A DNA stretch of 64,000 nt from an uncultured bacterium (GTDB lineage: Bacteria; Cyanobacteriota; Vampirovibrionia; Gastranaerophilales; Gastranaerophilaceae): positions 49,735 through 113,734 of the forward strand of contig USFB01000001.1 of the NCBI GenBank assembly GCA_900553895.1, given 5' to 3'. The position numbers were made by a program, and so were the translations under genes. Below the pieces are notes generated by a model, which was not told where the DNA came from, searched no databases, and saw only the letters and a list, made by a program, of their open reading frames with translations. How positions within the stretch are numbered: position 1 is the stretch's first letter; the number at the start of each line of letters is the position of its first letter. Shown here piece after piece: positions 1 through 8,778 of this stretch.

Positions 1-505
1 ATAAATTAAATATATCAAACTCAATCGGTGTAAGCTTTTGCACTTTATCATTAATTTGAACGCTGTATGTTTCAGGCAAAAGTGTCACTTCTTTATAAGT
101 AAGAAGTTCTCTAACTGCGGATGATTTTGGAATCTGTTTTGTACGTTTTAAGAGTGCACGAACACGCACTATTAGTTCATCAATTTCAAACGGTTTAGTT
201 AAATAATCGTCAACACCGATATTAAAACCGTTTACTTTATCGTTAAGTTGAGATAATGCAGTAAGCATGATTATCGGAGTTTCTGCAATTTCAGGACACT
301 GTCGAATTCTCTGTGCAACCGTAAAACCGTCAACTTCCGGCATCATAACATCTAAAATAATTAAAGAAGGTTCTTCTTGTTTAGCGAGAGCAAATCCTTC
401 AATGCCGTTAAACGCCTGCACTACTTCATAACCTTGAAGTTCTAAATTTATTTTTATAAGTGCATTAATCGCACTATCATCATCAACTACAAGAATTTTT
501 GTCAT
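1..505 (-). CDS. OmpR-family response regulator (receiver + winged-helix), 3' end beyond window start
   Basis: Reverse translation from ATG (fwd cat at 503-505) gives MTKILVVDDD...LDVMMPEVDGF...TKPFEIDELIVRVRALLKR. This is a REC domain with the phospho-acceptor Asp, followed by an OmpR-like C-terminus. The frame stays open to window edge. Not in the ORF track because truncated. Confidence 0.75.
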   Translation of the reverse strand, partial: MTKILVVDDDSAINALIKINLELQGYEVVQAFNGIEGFALAKQEEPSLIILDVMMPEVDGFTVAQRIRQCPEIAETPIIMLTALSQLNDKVNGFNIGVDDYLTKPFEIDELIVRVRALLKRTKQIPKSSAVRELLTYKEVTLLPETYSVQINDKVQKLTPIEFDIFNL

Positions 506-1682
506 TTTGTGTATCCTCTTCTAATTCACATTCCAATAAATTTACTGGAATTTCTTTTGCTGAATTTATGCCATAATCTCTGAGTGATTCCACTTGAGAG
601 AACAGGCTTGGTTTATTATTATTTCTGCGTTTAAAGCGATTTATCGTTTTATTCAATTTTTTGTTTACCTCATCAAATCTCTTTTGAACATCTACTAAAT
701 CATCACAGAATTGAACAAAGGTTTCAAATAGATTTGTGCCTGCGTTTACTATATGATTAACACATTCGCACTGTTTTTGCTGTGTAAAGAGTTGGTTCAC
801 CAGCCTTATTGTAGCAAGAAGCGACGCTGTACCAACAATAATAACATTAGATTTATAGGCAAAATTAATCAAATCAAAATCTTGATAAAGTATTTGTAAG
901 GAGGTTTCTATCGGCATGAACATAAGAACAAAATCAGGTTGCCACAATTTGTCTGCTGATTGATAATTTTTATTTGCTAAATCCGCAATTCTCTTTTTTA
1001 CTTCAGCCTTAAAATCTTTAACTTTGTCTTTATCTTCAACACATGCTAGATAACTGGTAAGAGTAACCTTAGAATCGACTACAATATGGCGATTAGCAGG
1101 TAAATTTATTACAACATCGGGTCTTATCTTATGTTCAGTTTCATCGCACAAGTTTTCAGAAGTTGTTACAAACTGTTTTGTGTAATGAATACCTTCTCTC
1201 ATTCCGCAAGCTTGAAGAACCGTATCAAGAAGATTTTCACCATAAGCACCTTTTACGTTTTGATTCTTTGTTAAAGCTTCTGTAAGATTTTTAGTTTCCT
1301 GTGCAATTGTAGCACTATTTTTTTCAAGATTAAGAATTTGTTCAACTATTTTTGTTGTATTTTCTACTCCAGTTAGGTTTAATTTTTCTACTTTTGCCTT
1401 GAATTCACCTAATTCATTCTTCAGTGGGAGTATTTTTTCTTCCAAAGCTTCGCGGTTTTGTTTACGTAAATCTTCTTGTTCTTGTTTTATGCTTTCATTT
1501 GCTAAGCGCACAAAATCTTGCTTAATAAGCTCCGTTAAAGAGTTATAATTTTTAGATTCTGCTCGCAAACATATGAGTTCTTCTTTCTCAGATGTTTGTT
1601 TTTTTAGAAATATTAATGTAGTGATTAGTGTTGCTATAAATGCACCAATCAAAAATGAAATCAAATTTTGCACAGAGCACAA
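483..1682 (-). CDS. rmuC: DNA recombination protein RmuC
   Basis: 399 aa with an N-terminal TM helix, a long coiled-coil and a C-terminal RmuC-type domain. The start codon reads as non-ATG (TTG-like) in my reading, so coordinates may be off by one. Confidence 0.75.
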   Translation of the reverse strand: MCSVQNLISFLIGAFIATLITTLIFLKKQTSEKEELICLRAESKNYNSLTELIKQDFVRLANESIKQEQEDLRKQNREALEEKILPLKNELGEFKAKVEKLNLTGVENTTKIVEQILNLEKNSATIAQETKNLTEALTKNQNVKGAYGENLLDTVLQACGMREGIHYTKQFVTTSENLCDETEHKIRPDVVINLPANRHIVVDSKVTLTSYLACVEDKDKVKDFKAEVKKRIADLANKNYQSADKLWQPDFVLMFMPIETSLQILYQDFDLINFAYKSNVIIVGTASLLATIRLVNQLFTQQKQCECVNHIVNAGTNLFETFVQFCDDLVDVQKRFDEVNKKLNKTINRFKRRNNNKPSLFSQVESLRDYGINSAKEIPVNLLECELEEDTQNDKNSCS

Positions 1683-1723
1683 GTCCCCACCCTAACCCTC
1701 CCTCGAAGGGAGGGAATAATGTT
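1683..1723. repeat. GC-rich palindromic repeat element copy A (ccccaccctaaccctccctcgaagggagggaataatg)
   Basis: Contains the perfect inverted repeat ccctccc-tcgaa-gggaggg in an AT-rich background. It shares the CCCACC / CTCCC..AAGGG..GGAATAATG motifs with the copy at 49745-49798 and with the 3' end of the pepP insertion. Confidence 0.5.
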
Positions 1724-1724
1724 A

Positions 1725-2450
1725 TTATCTTCTATCTTGGAGTTTAGCTAACAATCTCAAGATTTCTAAGTACAACCAAACCAATGTTACCATCAAACCG
1801 AAAGCTCCAAACCATTCGAAATCTTTTGGTAAATAGTTTTGAGCACCTCTTTCTATAAAATCGAAATCAATAATTAAATTAAGTGCTGCAATAACACAAA
1901 TAACGGCACTCACAGCAAGTCCCATTGTTGAAGATGAATTAATTAAAGGCACTTGCATATGGAAAAAGCTTCCAATAAAGTTAATTAAATAAATACCTGC
2001 AATTGAAAGCGTTGCAATGAAAATTACACTTCTAAATTTATCTGTACATCTTATAACATTTGCTCTATAAAGAATTAACATAGAAAATAATGCTGCAAAA
2101 GTACCAGCAACGGCTTGAGAAACAATTCCTGGATAAGATGCTTCGAAAGTAGCTGAAATACCACCTAATCCCAGTCCTTCTGCTACAGCATAGACTGGAA
2201 CTAAATATTTGTTTCTTGTAAATGAGACTATTAACGCAGTGATAAACGCAACAATAAAACCACCTGCAGTCAACATCATTGCCAAATCTGTATATCCAGC
2301 AGTCATTCTTGACCAAGTAAATGCAGCACTAGCAACAACCAACAGACCTAAAAATGCTGTAATTTGTATTGTTCCATTGACTGTCATTGGAGCACCATCA
2401 AGCACTCTTTCTTGTTCTGTAAACTTTTCATTCAAAATAGGGTTAGCCAT
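1725..2450 (-). CDS. Bax-inhibitor-1/YccA (TMBIM) family membrane protein
   Basis: 241 aa with 7 predicted TM helices and a typical BI-1/YccA sequence pattern. Confidence 0.65.
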   Translation of the reverse strand: MANPILNEKFTEQERVLDGAPMTVNGTIQITAFLGLLVVASAAFTWSRMTAGYTDLAMMLTAGGFIVAFITALIVSFTRNKYLVPVYAVAEGLGLGGISATFEASYPGIVSQAVAGTFAALFSMLILYRANVIRCTDKFRSVIFIATLSIAGIYLINFIGSFFHMQVPLINSSSTMGLAVSAVICVIAALNLIIDFDFIERGAQNYLPKDFEWFGAFGLMVTLVWLYLEILRLLAKLQDRR

Positions 2451-2618
2451 AAATCCTCCTTCTCTTATCTCATTAATGTGATTATAACATGTTTTAAAAA
2501 ATGGAGAAATGTTATTAATTATTTATTAACTATTATAATTGTTGGGATGGGTATCAACAAAGCGAAAAAACTAACAAGCCTTGGTCATTCCTTCATTATG
2601 AGAATGTATTGGCATAAT

Positions 2619-3173
2619 TTATTTCTGCTCAATTGTTCTTATAACCTTCGCCGGATTGCCAACTGCAAGAGAATTTTCAGGAATATCTTTTGTTACAACA
2701 GCACCTGCACCTATTACGCATCCATCACCAATTGTAACACCAGGTAAAACAACAACAGAACCGCCTAACCAACAGTTTTTACCTATTTTTATCGGTTTTG
2801 CTGTTTCTATAAAAGTATTTCTTGTTTTAAAATCCAAAGGATGTATAGGGGTGTAAAATTGAGTATTTGGTCCGATAAATGTATCATCGCCAATTGTCAC
2901 TTTTGCACAATCTAAAATAACGCAATTTGCATTAAAATAAACTCTTTCGCCGAGTTCTGTATTACATCCATAATCAAAGAATATATTTGGTGTTATATAA
3001 CATCCATTGCCCATTTTTCCGATTACTGATTTTAAGATTTCTGCTCTTTTATTCTCATCTTTTTCTTGATTAAAATCACTAACTAAACCTCTTGTTCTAT
3101 CTCGAAGGTTTATTAAATAAGGCGTCATAGGATTGTAATCCTCACCTGCAATCATTTTTTTGTATTCTTCCAC
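2619..3173 (-). CDS. Maltose/galactoside O-acetyltransferase-like (left-handed beta-helix acyltransferase)
   Basis: 184 aa with hexapeptide repeats and a Maa/LacA-like C-terminus. GTG start. Confidence 0.75.
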   Translation of the reverse strand: MEEYKKMIAGEDYNPMTPYLINLRDRTRGLVSDFNQEKDENKRAEILKSVIGKMGNGCYITPNIFFDYGCNTELGERVYFNANCVILDCAKVTIGDDTFIGPNTQFYTPIHPLDFKTRNTFIETAKPIKIGKNCWLGGSVVVLPGVTIGDGCVIGAGAVVTKDIPENSLAVGNPAKVIRTIEQK

Positions 3174-3272
3174 TATTAATCACTCCTTTATATAAAATTT
3201 TAACAAAAAAGAAACGGAATTTTGCGGTGCAAAATTCCGTTTAAAATCATACTTCAATAAAACAAATCCTGA

Positions 3273-3458
3273 TTAACTATAAATAGCATTTGTTTGCATG
3301 TGCATGTTTTTACGTGCATCATCAAAAATACCTGCAGGACTCCATTTTGTTTTATTATCTTCTTCATTCATCCTTGCTTTCTGCAAGTCTGCCCAAGTAG
3401 ACTGTGTTTTTGAAACATGACTTCTTGAACCATAATTTCCTGAAACATGCGGTGCCAT
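3273..3458 (-). CDS. Small hypothetical protein (61 aa), member of the shared-promoter group
   Basis: ORF preceded on the minus strand by AATTACTTTATATATACATAAG 37 nt upstream of the ATG. The same motif occurs at three other small ORFs. Confidence 0.4.
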   Translation of the reverse strand: MAPHVSGNYGSRSHVSKTQSTWADLQKARMNEEDNKTKWSPAGIFDDARKNMHMQTNAIYS

Positions 3459-3494
3459 ATTTATATCCTTTCTATTATATCTTCGTATTTATAA

Positions 3495-3516
3495 CTTATG
3501 TATATATAAAGTAATT
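3495..3516 (-). promoter_or_regulatory. Conserved promoter-like motif (A)ATACTTTATATATA[CT][AG]TAAG, copy 4
   Basis: The minus-strand sequence aattactttatatatacataag matches the motifs at 8265-8295, 35187-35210 and 35536-35565. Confidence 0.4.
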
Positions 3517-3614
3517 CAGAACAACATAATTTCACTTTTTATTAAAAGATTTACAAATCGTTACAAATAGTGTATCATTAGTATAAAGTTTGAATTTAAA
3601 TAAGAGGAAGTTTT

Positions 3615-4487
3615 ATGAGCAATATTGTAATTTATTCAACAAAACCAATGCCTGAGCTACAAGCTAAATTAATGGAAATAGATGAAGCGGAAGTTAGAGT
3701 TGTTTCTATTGATAAAATGAAAGATTACGCGGTTATCAATCCGTCTTTAATGATTGTAGAAAATATTGATTTGGCAAAAGATGCACTTATGACAAACAAA
3801 TTTCCATGCCCAATTTTATTTTTTGGACCAACAAGAAGAGATGTAACAGTTAGAGCAGAAGGCTTCGACTTTATTAAAGATCCAGCAAATACCGATGAAT
3901 TAATCGTTCGTGTCAATGCTTTATTAAGAATTAAGGCATTAAAAGATAAGTTAGAAAGAGTTTCTACAACTGATGACTTAACTGGTTTACATAATAGAAA
4001 ATATCTGCAAGAGCGTTTAGAAGAAGAAATTTCTCGTTCAAGAAGATATGGCACAAAATTATCTTGTATTTTATTCGATTTAGATTACTTCAAAGTTGTT
4101 AATGATATGTATGGATATGAATGGGGCGATATATTGCTAACTAAAATTGCGAATAAACTTAATGCAATGATTAGAAAAGAAGATATTTTAACTCGTTACG
4201 GTGATGAAGAATTTTTGCTTGTATTACCTAATACTTCAGAAGATAATGCGTTCTTATTCGGCGAAAGATTCAGAAGAGAAGTTGAAAAAATGGAATTTAT
4301 TCCGGCTGGTGAAGAAGAACCGCATAAAGTAACAATTTCAGGTGGAATTTCAACATACCCTTGTATGCCTGATGTTGAAGAGGATGCAAATACTATAATA
4401 AGATATGCTGAACATGCTTTATATAATGCTAAGCATAGAGGTAAGAATAAAATAATTCAATTCTCTCAGATGAATTTAGAAATGTAA
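3615..4487 (+). CDS. Pseudo-receiver + GGDEF-family domain protein (degenerate GDEEF motif)
   Basis: The N-terminal REC-like fold has Glu where the phospho-Asp is expected (LMIVENID). The C-terminal GGDEF fold carries RYGDEEF instead of RxGG(D/E)EF. Confidence 0.75.
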   Translation: MSNIVIYSTKPMPELQAKLMEIDEAEVRVVSIDKMKDYAVINPSLMIVENIDLAKDALMTNKFPCPILFFGPTRRDVTVRAEGFDFIKDPANTDELIVRVNALLRIKALKDKLERVSTTDDLTGLHNRKYLQERLEEEISRSRRYGTKLSCILFDLDYFKVVNDMYGYEWGDILLTKIANKLNAMIRKEDILTRYGDEEFLLVLPNTSEDNAFLFGERFRREVEKMEFIPAGEEEPHKVTISGGISTYPCMPDVEEDANTIIRYAEHALYNAKHRGKNKIIQFSQMNLEM

Positions 4488-4493
4488 TTAAAA

Positions 4494-4520
4494 AGAGCAC
4501 CTTATCGGGTGCCTTTTTAT
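4494..4520 (+). terminator. Rho-independent terminator
   Basis: Hairpin gcacc-ttatcg-ggtgc followed by ctttttatt. Confidence 0.6.
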
Positions 4521-4608
4521 TACAAAAATTAATCAAACTTAATACTTTTTTTCAAACTTTGGCATGTTTATAGTATTATAGAGAAAAAGTTGGAGGGATT
4601 ATTTTATA

Positions 4609-5424
4609 ATGTCAGTAGCATTAGAACAAAAACAAGGTTTAATCGCAGGTGATGGTCTTTTGCCTGTAAAAATGGCTCAATATGCTAAAGAAAATGGTTT
4701 TGACGTTGTTGCAATTTCTTTATCAAATGATAATTATGCACAACTTAAAAAATATTGCTCAAAAGTTTATTCTTTCTGTCCGGGAGAAGTTCAAAAAATA
4801 GAAGACACTCTTAAAGCGGAAGGTATTAAACAAATTACATTTTTAGGCAAAGTTAGTAAAACAATTTTGATTAAACGCCCTAAATTTGACGCAAGAGCAT
4901 TAGACTTTATCAAAAAAGCTATAAGATTAAACGATGATAAAGTAATGCTAATGATTATAGAAGAATTGGAAAAAATTGGTGTAACAATTTTAGACCAAAC
5001 TTTGTTTATCAAAAATTTAATGATTCCATCAGGAGTTTTGGGAAAAGTTCAACCAACTCCTGAACAAATTGAAGACGTAAATTATGGTTACTGGTTAGCA
5101 AAAGAAACAGGGAAATTAGATGTCGGTCAGTCTGTAATTATAAAAGATAAGATGGTTATGGCAGTTGAAGCAATCGAAGGCACAGATAAATGTATCAAAC
5201 GCGGCTGTAAAATTGCAAAAAGAAATTCAAGAGTTATAAAAGTTGCAAAACCTTCTCAAGACAAAAGATTTGATATTCCTGCAATAGGTTTAAGAACATT
5301 AAAAACAATGCACAAATATAAAGCAGACCTAATTGCCGTTGAAGCAGGTGAAACAATTATTGTAGATAGAGAAGAAGTTATTAAATACGCAAATAAGCAT
5401 AATATTGTTGTAATGGCTGTATAA
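4609..5424 (+). CDS. lpxI: UDP-2,3-diacylglucosamine pyrophosphatase LpxI (DUF1009)
   Basis: 271 aa with an LpxI-like N-terminus (GLIAGDGLLP). Sits immediately upstream of lpxB, as is typical. Confidence 0.65.
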   Translation: MSVALEQKQGLIAGDGLLPVKMAQYAKENGFDVVAISLSNDNYAQLKKYCSKVYSFCPGEVQKIEDTLKAEGIKQITFLGKVSKTILIKRPKFDARALDFIKKAIRLNDDKVMLMIIEELEKIGVTILDQTLFIKNLMIPSGVLGKVQPTPEQIEDVNYGYWLAKETGKLDVGQSVIIKDKMVMAVEAIEGTDKCIKRGCKIAKRNSRVIKVAKPSQDKRFDIPAIGLRTLKTMHKYKADLIAVEAGETIIVDREEVIKYANKHNIVVMAV

Positions 5425-5428
5425 TTTT

Positions 5429-6553
5429 ATGAAAAAGATATTTATTATTACAGGCGAATACTCCGGAGATATCCATGCCGGCAAGGTTTTAGAAATGTTA
5501 AAACGTTCTATGCCCGATATTGTTGCAGAAGGTATTGGGGGAGAAAATTTAAAATCAGCCGGTGCAAAAATCTTTTGTGACCATTCAAAAATGTCAGGTT
5601 TTGGTTTAAATTTTAAGATGATTGTTGATCACTTATCTTTGGAAAAAAAAGTTGCTGATTATATTTTAAACGAATTTAAACCTGATTTGGTTTTGTTAAT
5701 TGATTATGGCACATTTAATTTAAGAGTTGCGAAAAGGCTTAAAGGAAGCGGAATTAAAGTATTCCATTATATTCCTCCACAAATTTGGGCGAGTCGCAAA
5801 TGGAGAATAAAAGGTATAAAAAAATATGTAGACAAAGTTCTTTGTATTTTCCCTTTTGAGCCTGAAATCTATCAAGCAGAAAACATTGATGTACATTATT
5901 GCGGACATCCTCTTGTTAAACAATTACCACCAAGAGCTGATAAAGAAGAATTCTTTAAACAGCATGAATTGGACATATCAAGACCTTTAGTGTCAGTATT
6001 TCCTGGCTCAAGACCATTGGAGCTAAAACTCTTCGGAGAACGCTTTATCGAAGCTGCTAAAGTTTTACAAAAACGCCATCCTGAATTGCAAGTTTGCATT
6101 TCGCATGCACCAAACTTGAAGGATGATATTTTTGATAAGTACATTAAAAATACTGATTTTAAAGTTATTAAAGGCGAAAACCAAGCTTTGCTGAGCGTTT
6201 CAGACTCATTAATTTTAGCATCAGGAACAGTTGCTTTAGAAGCAAGTTTATATCAAGTTCCAATGCTTATTGCATATCGCGGACCGTGGCTGCTTTATTT
6301 GATTTATTTGCTTGTAAGATGTATCAAGAGAGTTTCTTTACCAAATATTATTATGGATGAAGATATCGTACCAGAATTAGTTCAGCATAAATTTAGTGTT
6401 GAAAATATTTGCTACGAAACAGAAAAAAATCTGTATGACAAAAAGCATAGAGAGTGGATGATTAACGAACTTGCTAAAGTCAAAGAAAAACTTTCCGATA
6501 AGTATTCCGCAGAAGAAGTTGCAAAATGTATAAAAGAAGAATTGGATAGATAA
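5429..6553 (+). CDS. lpxB: Lipid-A-disaccharide synthase
   Basis: 374 aa with an MKKIFIITGEYSGDIHAG N-terminus and GT19 family pattern. Confidence 0.85.
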   Translation: MKKIFIITGEYSGDIHAGKVLEMLKRSMPDIVAEGIGGENLKSAGAKIFCDHSKMSGFGLNFKMIVDHLSLEKKVADYILNEFKPDLVLLIDYGTFNLRVAKRLKGSGIKVFHYIPPQIWASRKWRIKGIKKYVDKVLCIFPFEPEIYQAENIDVHYCGHPLVKQLPPRADKEEFFKQHELDISRPLVSVFPGSRPLELKLFGERFIEAAKVLQKRHPELQVCISHAPNLKDDIFDKYIKNTDFKVIKGENQALLSVSDSLILASGTVALEASLYQVPMLIAYRGPWLLYLIYLLVRCIKRVSLPNIIMDEDIVPELVQHKFSVENICYETEKNLYDKKHREWMINELAKVKEKLSDKYSAEEVAKCIKEELDR

Positions 6554-6555
6554 AG

Positions 6556-6587
6556 AAAGAGCCGGACATTTGCCGGCTTTTAAATTT
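6556..6587 (+). terminator. Rho-independent terminator
   Basis: agccgg-acatttg-ccggct followed by a T-run. Confidence 0.6.
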
Positions 6588-6718
6588 CTACAACCTTTTT
6601 TCTAACCTTATATATTAATAAAGTTTTCTTTTGTAAAAAAATTGCTTTTTTATGTCGAAATGTAAAGTTAATTTATGTTATACTTTTTTGAGCAAATATA
6701 AATAGCAAAAGGAATATT

Positions 6719-7879
6719 ATGAGAAAGAGTTATTGTTTATTACCACTGGCTCTTGGAACACTCGGGCTTGGTTTAACAGAATATGTAATGATGGGAATTC
6801 TACCCGATACAGCGCAAACCATGCACTGTTCTATACCAGAAGCAGGAAATTTTATTTCATTTTATGCACTCGGCGTCGTTTTTGGTGCAATAATGCTCGT
6901 TATTGTAGCAAGAACCAAACCTTTAAAAACGATATTATTATGGCTTATGGCAATTTTTACAATTGCAAATTTTTTAACAGCATTTGTAACAAACTATTAT
7001 ATATTTTGCTTAATAAGATTTATTGCAGGACTTCCACACGGTTGTTTCTTTAGCGTTGGCGCAATTTCAGCAGGAAAGCTTTGTGAAAAAGGCAAAGAAA
7101 ATCAAGCTGTCGCTACTATGTGTTCAGGCATGACGTTTGCAAACCTTCTTGGAATACCACTTGGGACAATGATAAGCCATAGTTTGTCATGGCGTCTTAT
7201 ATTTCTATTTATCGGAATTTTCGGATTATTAATCTTATATTCAATAAAAAGACTTATTCCAACTCTAAAATCACTTCCTGATACTGGTTTTAGAGGACAA
7301 TTTAAAATTATGAAACATTTAGCTCCTTGGTTATTAATATTAGCAGTAATAATGGGCAATGGGGGCATTTTCTGTTGGTATAGCTATATTAATCCTCTTT
7401 TAGTAAATGTTTCCGGTATCTTACCGCAATTTGTGTCATTAATTATGATTCTTGCAGGTGCAGGCATGTGTGTCGGGAATTTTTTGGGCGGAAAACTCTC
7501 TGACAAATATTCGCCTTCAATTGTAGCTAGCTTAACACAATTACTGGCTTGTATAGCTCTAATCTGTATTTTCTTTTTTGCGCATAACCCGATTGTATCA
7601 GTAATTTGTATGGTTATATGCACAGGTTGCTTGTTTGCTGTTTCTGCTCCACAACAAGTGTTGCTTATAGAAAATGCAAAAGGCGGAGAAATGCTCGGTG
7701 CCTCATTTTCTCAAATATCATTTAATTTAGGCAATGCAATGGGTGCTTTTGTAGGCGGAATTCCAATTGAACACAGCTATAACTACAATTACACTGCTAT
7801 ACCCGGAGCCTGTTTTGCATTTATTGGATTTTTGATTTTATTTTATTTTTATAAACGTTACAAATACAAAAATACTTAA
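6719..7879 (+). CDS. MFS transporter
   Basis: 386 aa with 12 predicted TM helices. Confidence 0.7.
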   Translation: MRKSYCLLPLALGTLGLGLTEYVMMGILPDTAQTMHCSIPEAGNFISFYALGVVFGAIMLVIVARTKPLKTILLWLMAIFTIANFLTAFVTNYYIFCLIRFIAGLPHGCFFSVGAISAGKLCEKGKENQAVATMCSGMTFANLLGIPLGTMISHSLSWRLIFLFIGIFGLLILYSIKRLIPTLKSLPDTGFRGQFKIMKHLAPWLLILAVIMGNGGIFCWYSYINPLLVNVSGILPQFVSLIMILAGAGMCVGNFLGGKLSDKYSPSIVASLTQLLACIALICIFFFAHNPIVSVICMVICTGCLFAVSAPQQVLLIENAKGGEMLGASFSQISFNLGNAMGAFVGGIPIEHSYNYNYTAIPGACFAFIGFLILFYFYKRYKYKNT

Positions 7880-7969
7880 TTGTAACAATACTTAACGAAA
7901 AATACTTGTAAAATAAATGTTTTTGAGGTAAGCTTGAGTTACACTGGTAGAAAGAAGGAAAATAGAACT

Positions 7970-8161
7970 ATGTCAAAACAATGTGAAGTATGCGGTAAAA
8001 AACCTATTAAAGCAGCAAAATTAACATTCTCTCATAAACAAATTAAAAAAGTTCAAACTCCAAATTTACAAGAAATTAGAGTTAATGTAAATGGTCAAAC
8101 TAAGAGAATGACAGTTTGCACTTCTTGCTTAAAAGCAGGCAAAGTTCAAAAAGCTGTTTAG
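7970..8161 (+). CDS. rpmB: 50S ribosomal protein L28
   Basis: MSKQCEVCGKKP...SHKQIKK...PNLQ...C..C pattern of L28. RBS gaaggaa upstream. The track ORF starts earlier at 7934 but the internal Met at 7970 is the likely start. Confidence 0.8.
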   Translation: MSKQCEVCGKKPIKAAKLTFSHKQIKKVQTPNLQEIRVNVNGQTKRMTVCTSCLKAGKVQKAV

Positions 8162-8182
8162 TTTTTTAGCAAAGTTTATTAG

Positions 8183-8215
8183 ACGGTTTAGATTCTCTAA
8201 ACCGTCTTTTTTAGT
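8183..8215 (+). terminator. Rho-independent terminator
   Basis: agacggtttag-attctc-taaaccgtct followed by ttttttag. Confidence 0.6.
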
Positions 8216-8251
8216 TTTTAAATATTAAGTTTTGTAACAATAATAACTCTC

Positions 8252-8295
8252 TGTGAAATTGTCTATTTTTTAAATACTTTATATATATGTAAGAT
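8252..8295 (+). promoter_or_regulatory. Conserved promoter-like motif TGTGAAATT-N-ATTTTTTAAATACTTTATATATATGTAAGAT, copy 1
   Basis: About 44 nt nearly identical to 35522-35565. The core is shared with 35187-35210 and 3495-3516. It ends 25 nt before the ATG at 8320. Confidence 0.45.
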
Positions 8296-8319
8296 GAAAA
8301 ATAACAAGGAGCTTAAATC

Positions 8320-8616
8320 ATGTCAACTAATATTAACGCAAACGTTCTTAAAAACTTTATAGTAAAAACTATCGGTGCTGAAAAATTAACACAAGCTCAA
8401 GCACAAAGATATGATATTGATGCTAACAAATACACTGAAGCAAATACAGATGAAAATGCTTATCTTGATTTAGATGAAATTCTTGATGATAAGGATTTGT
8501 ACGAACAATTTGCAACAATGTATGTTGAAGAAAAAGATAAAGAGAATGAAGTTAATGCAGAGAAAGAGAAAGAAGACGCCGCTAAGGTACAAGATAAAGG
8601 CGAAAGTAAAGCTTAG
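8320..8616 (+). CDS. Small acidic hypothetical protein (98 aa)
   Basis: ORF with an RBS (caaggag) and a D/E/K-rich C-terminal half. Followed by a terminator. Confidence 0.5.
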   Translation: MSTNINANVLKNFIVKTIGAEKLTQAQAQRYDIDANKYTEANTDENAYLDLDEILDDKDLYEQFATMYVEEKDKENEVNAEKEKEDAAKVQDKGESKA

Positions 8617-8639
8617 AGAAATTCGAGAAAAAGAGAAAA

Positions 8640-8670
8640 GATAATTAAAACGGAGTTTATACTCCGTTTT
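8640..8670 (+). terminator. Rho-independent terminator
   Basis: aacggagt-ttat-actccgtt followed by ttttatttg. Confidence 0.6.
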
Positions 8671-8778
8671 TTATTTGCAAACTATGATTTTTTAAAAAGA
8701 TATGTTATAATATTAGTAGGAGATCAAAATTGAACCGTTGCAGCCAAATGCGAAAGCAGAAAGGCATTATATATAAGA

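Noticed and set aside
1680-1728. Apparent non-canonical start of rmuC and stop of the BI-1 gene, offset by one base relative to the ORF track.
   Set aside because: Most likely a one-base indexing discrepancy between my reading of line 1681 and the track. Genes on both sides (483 and 2450) index correctly. Not treated as a frameshift or pseudogene.
2065-2747. Track ORFs on the opposite strand or other frames inside real genes, such as 2065-2316, 2209-2481 and 2364-2747. Similar ones occur at 3725-4054, 4791-5012, 5720-6144, 6733-7053, 7102-7623, 9271-9492, 9911-10198, 12469-12678, 16998-17391, 22739-23645, 24476-25282, 25529-25900, 32212-32742, 35618-35972, 38048-38284, 39749-41658 and 47197-47442.
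   Set aside because: They are antisense or out-of-frame ORFs lying within clearly homologous CDSs and have low-complexity, C/F/I-rich translations typical of AT-rich noise. No RBS or independent evidence supports them.
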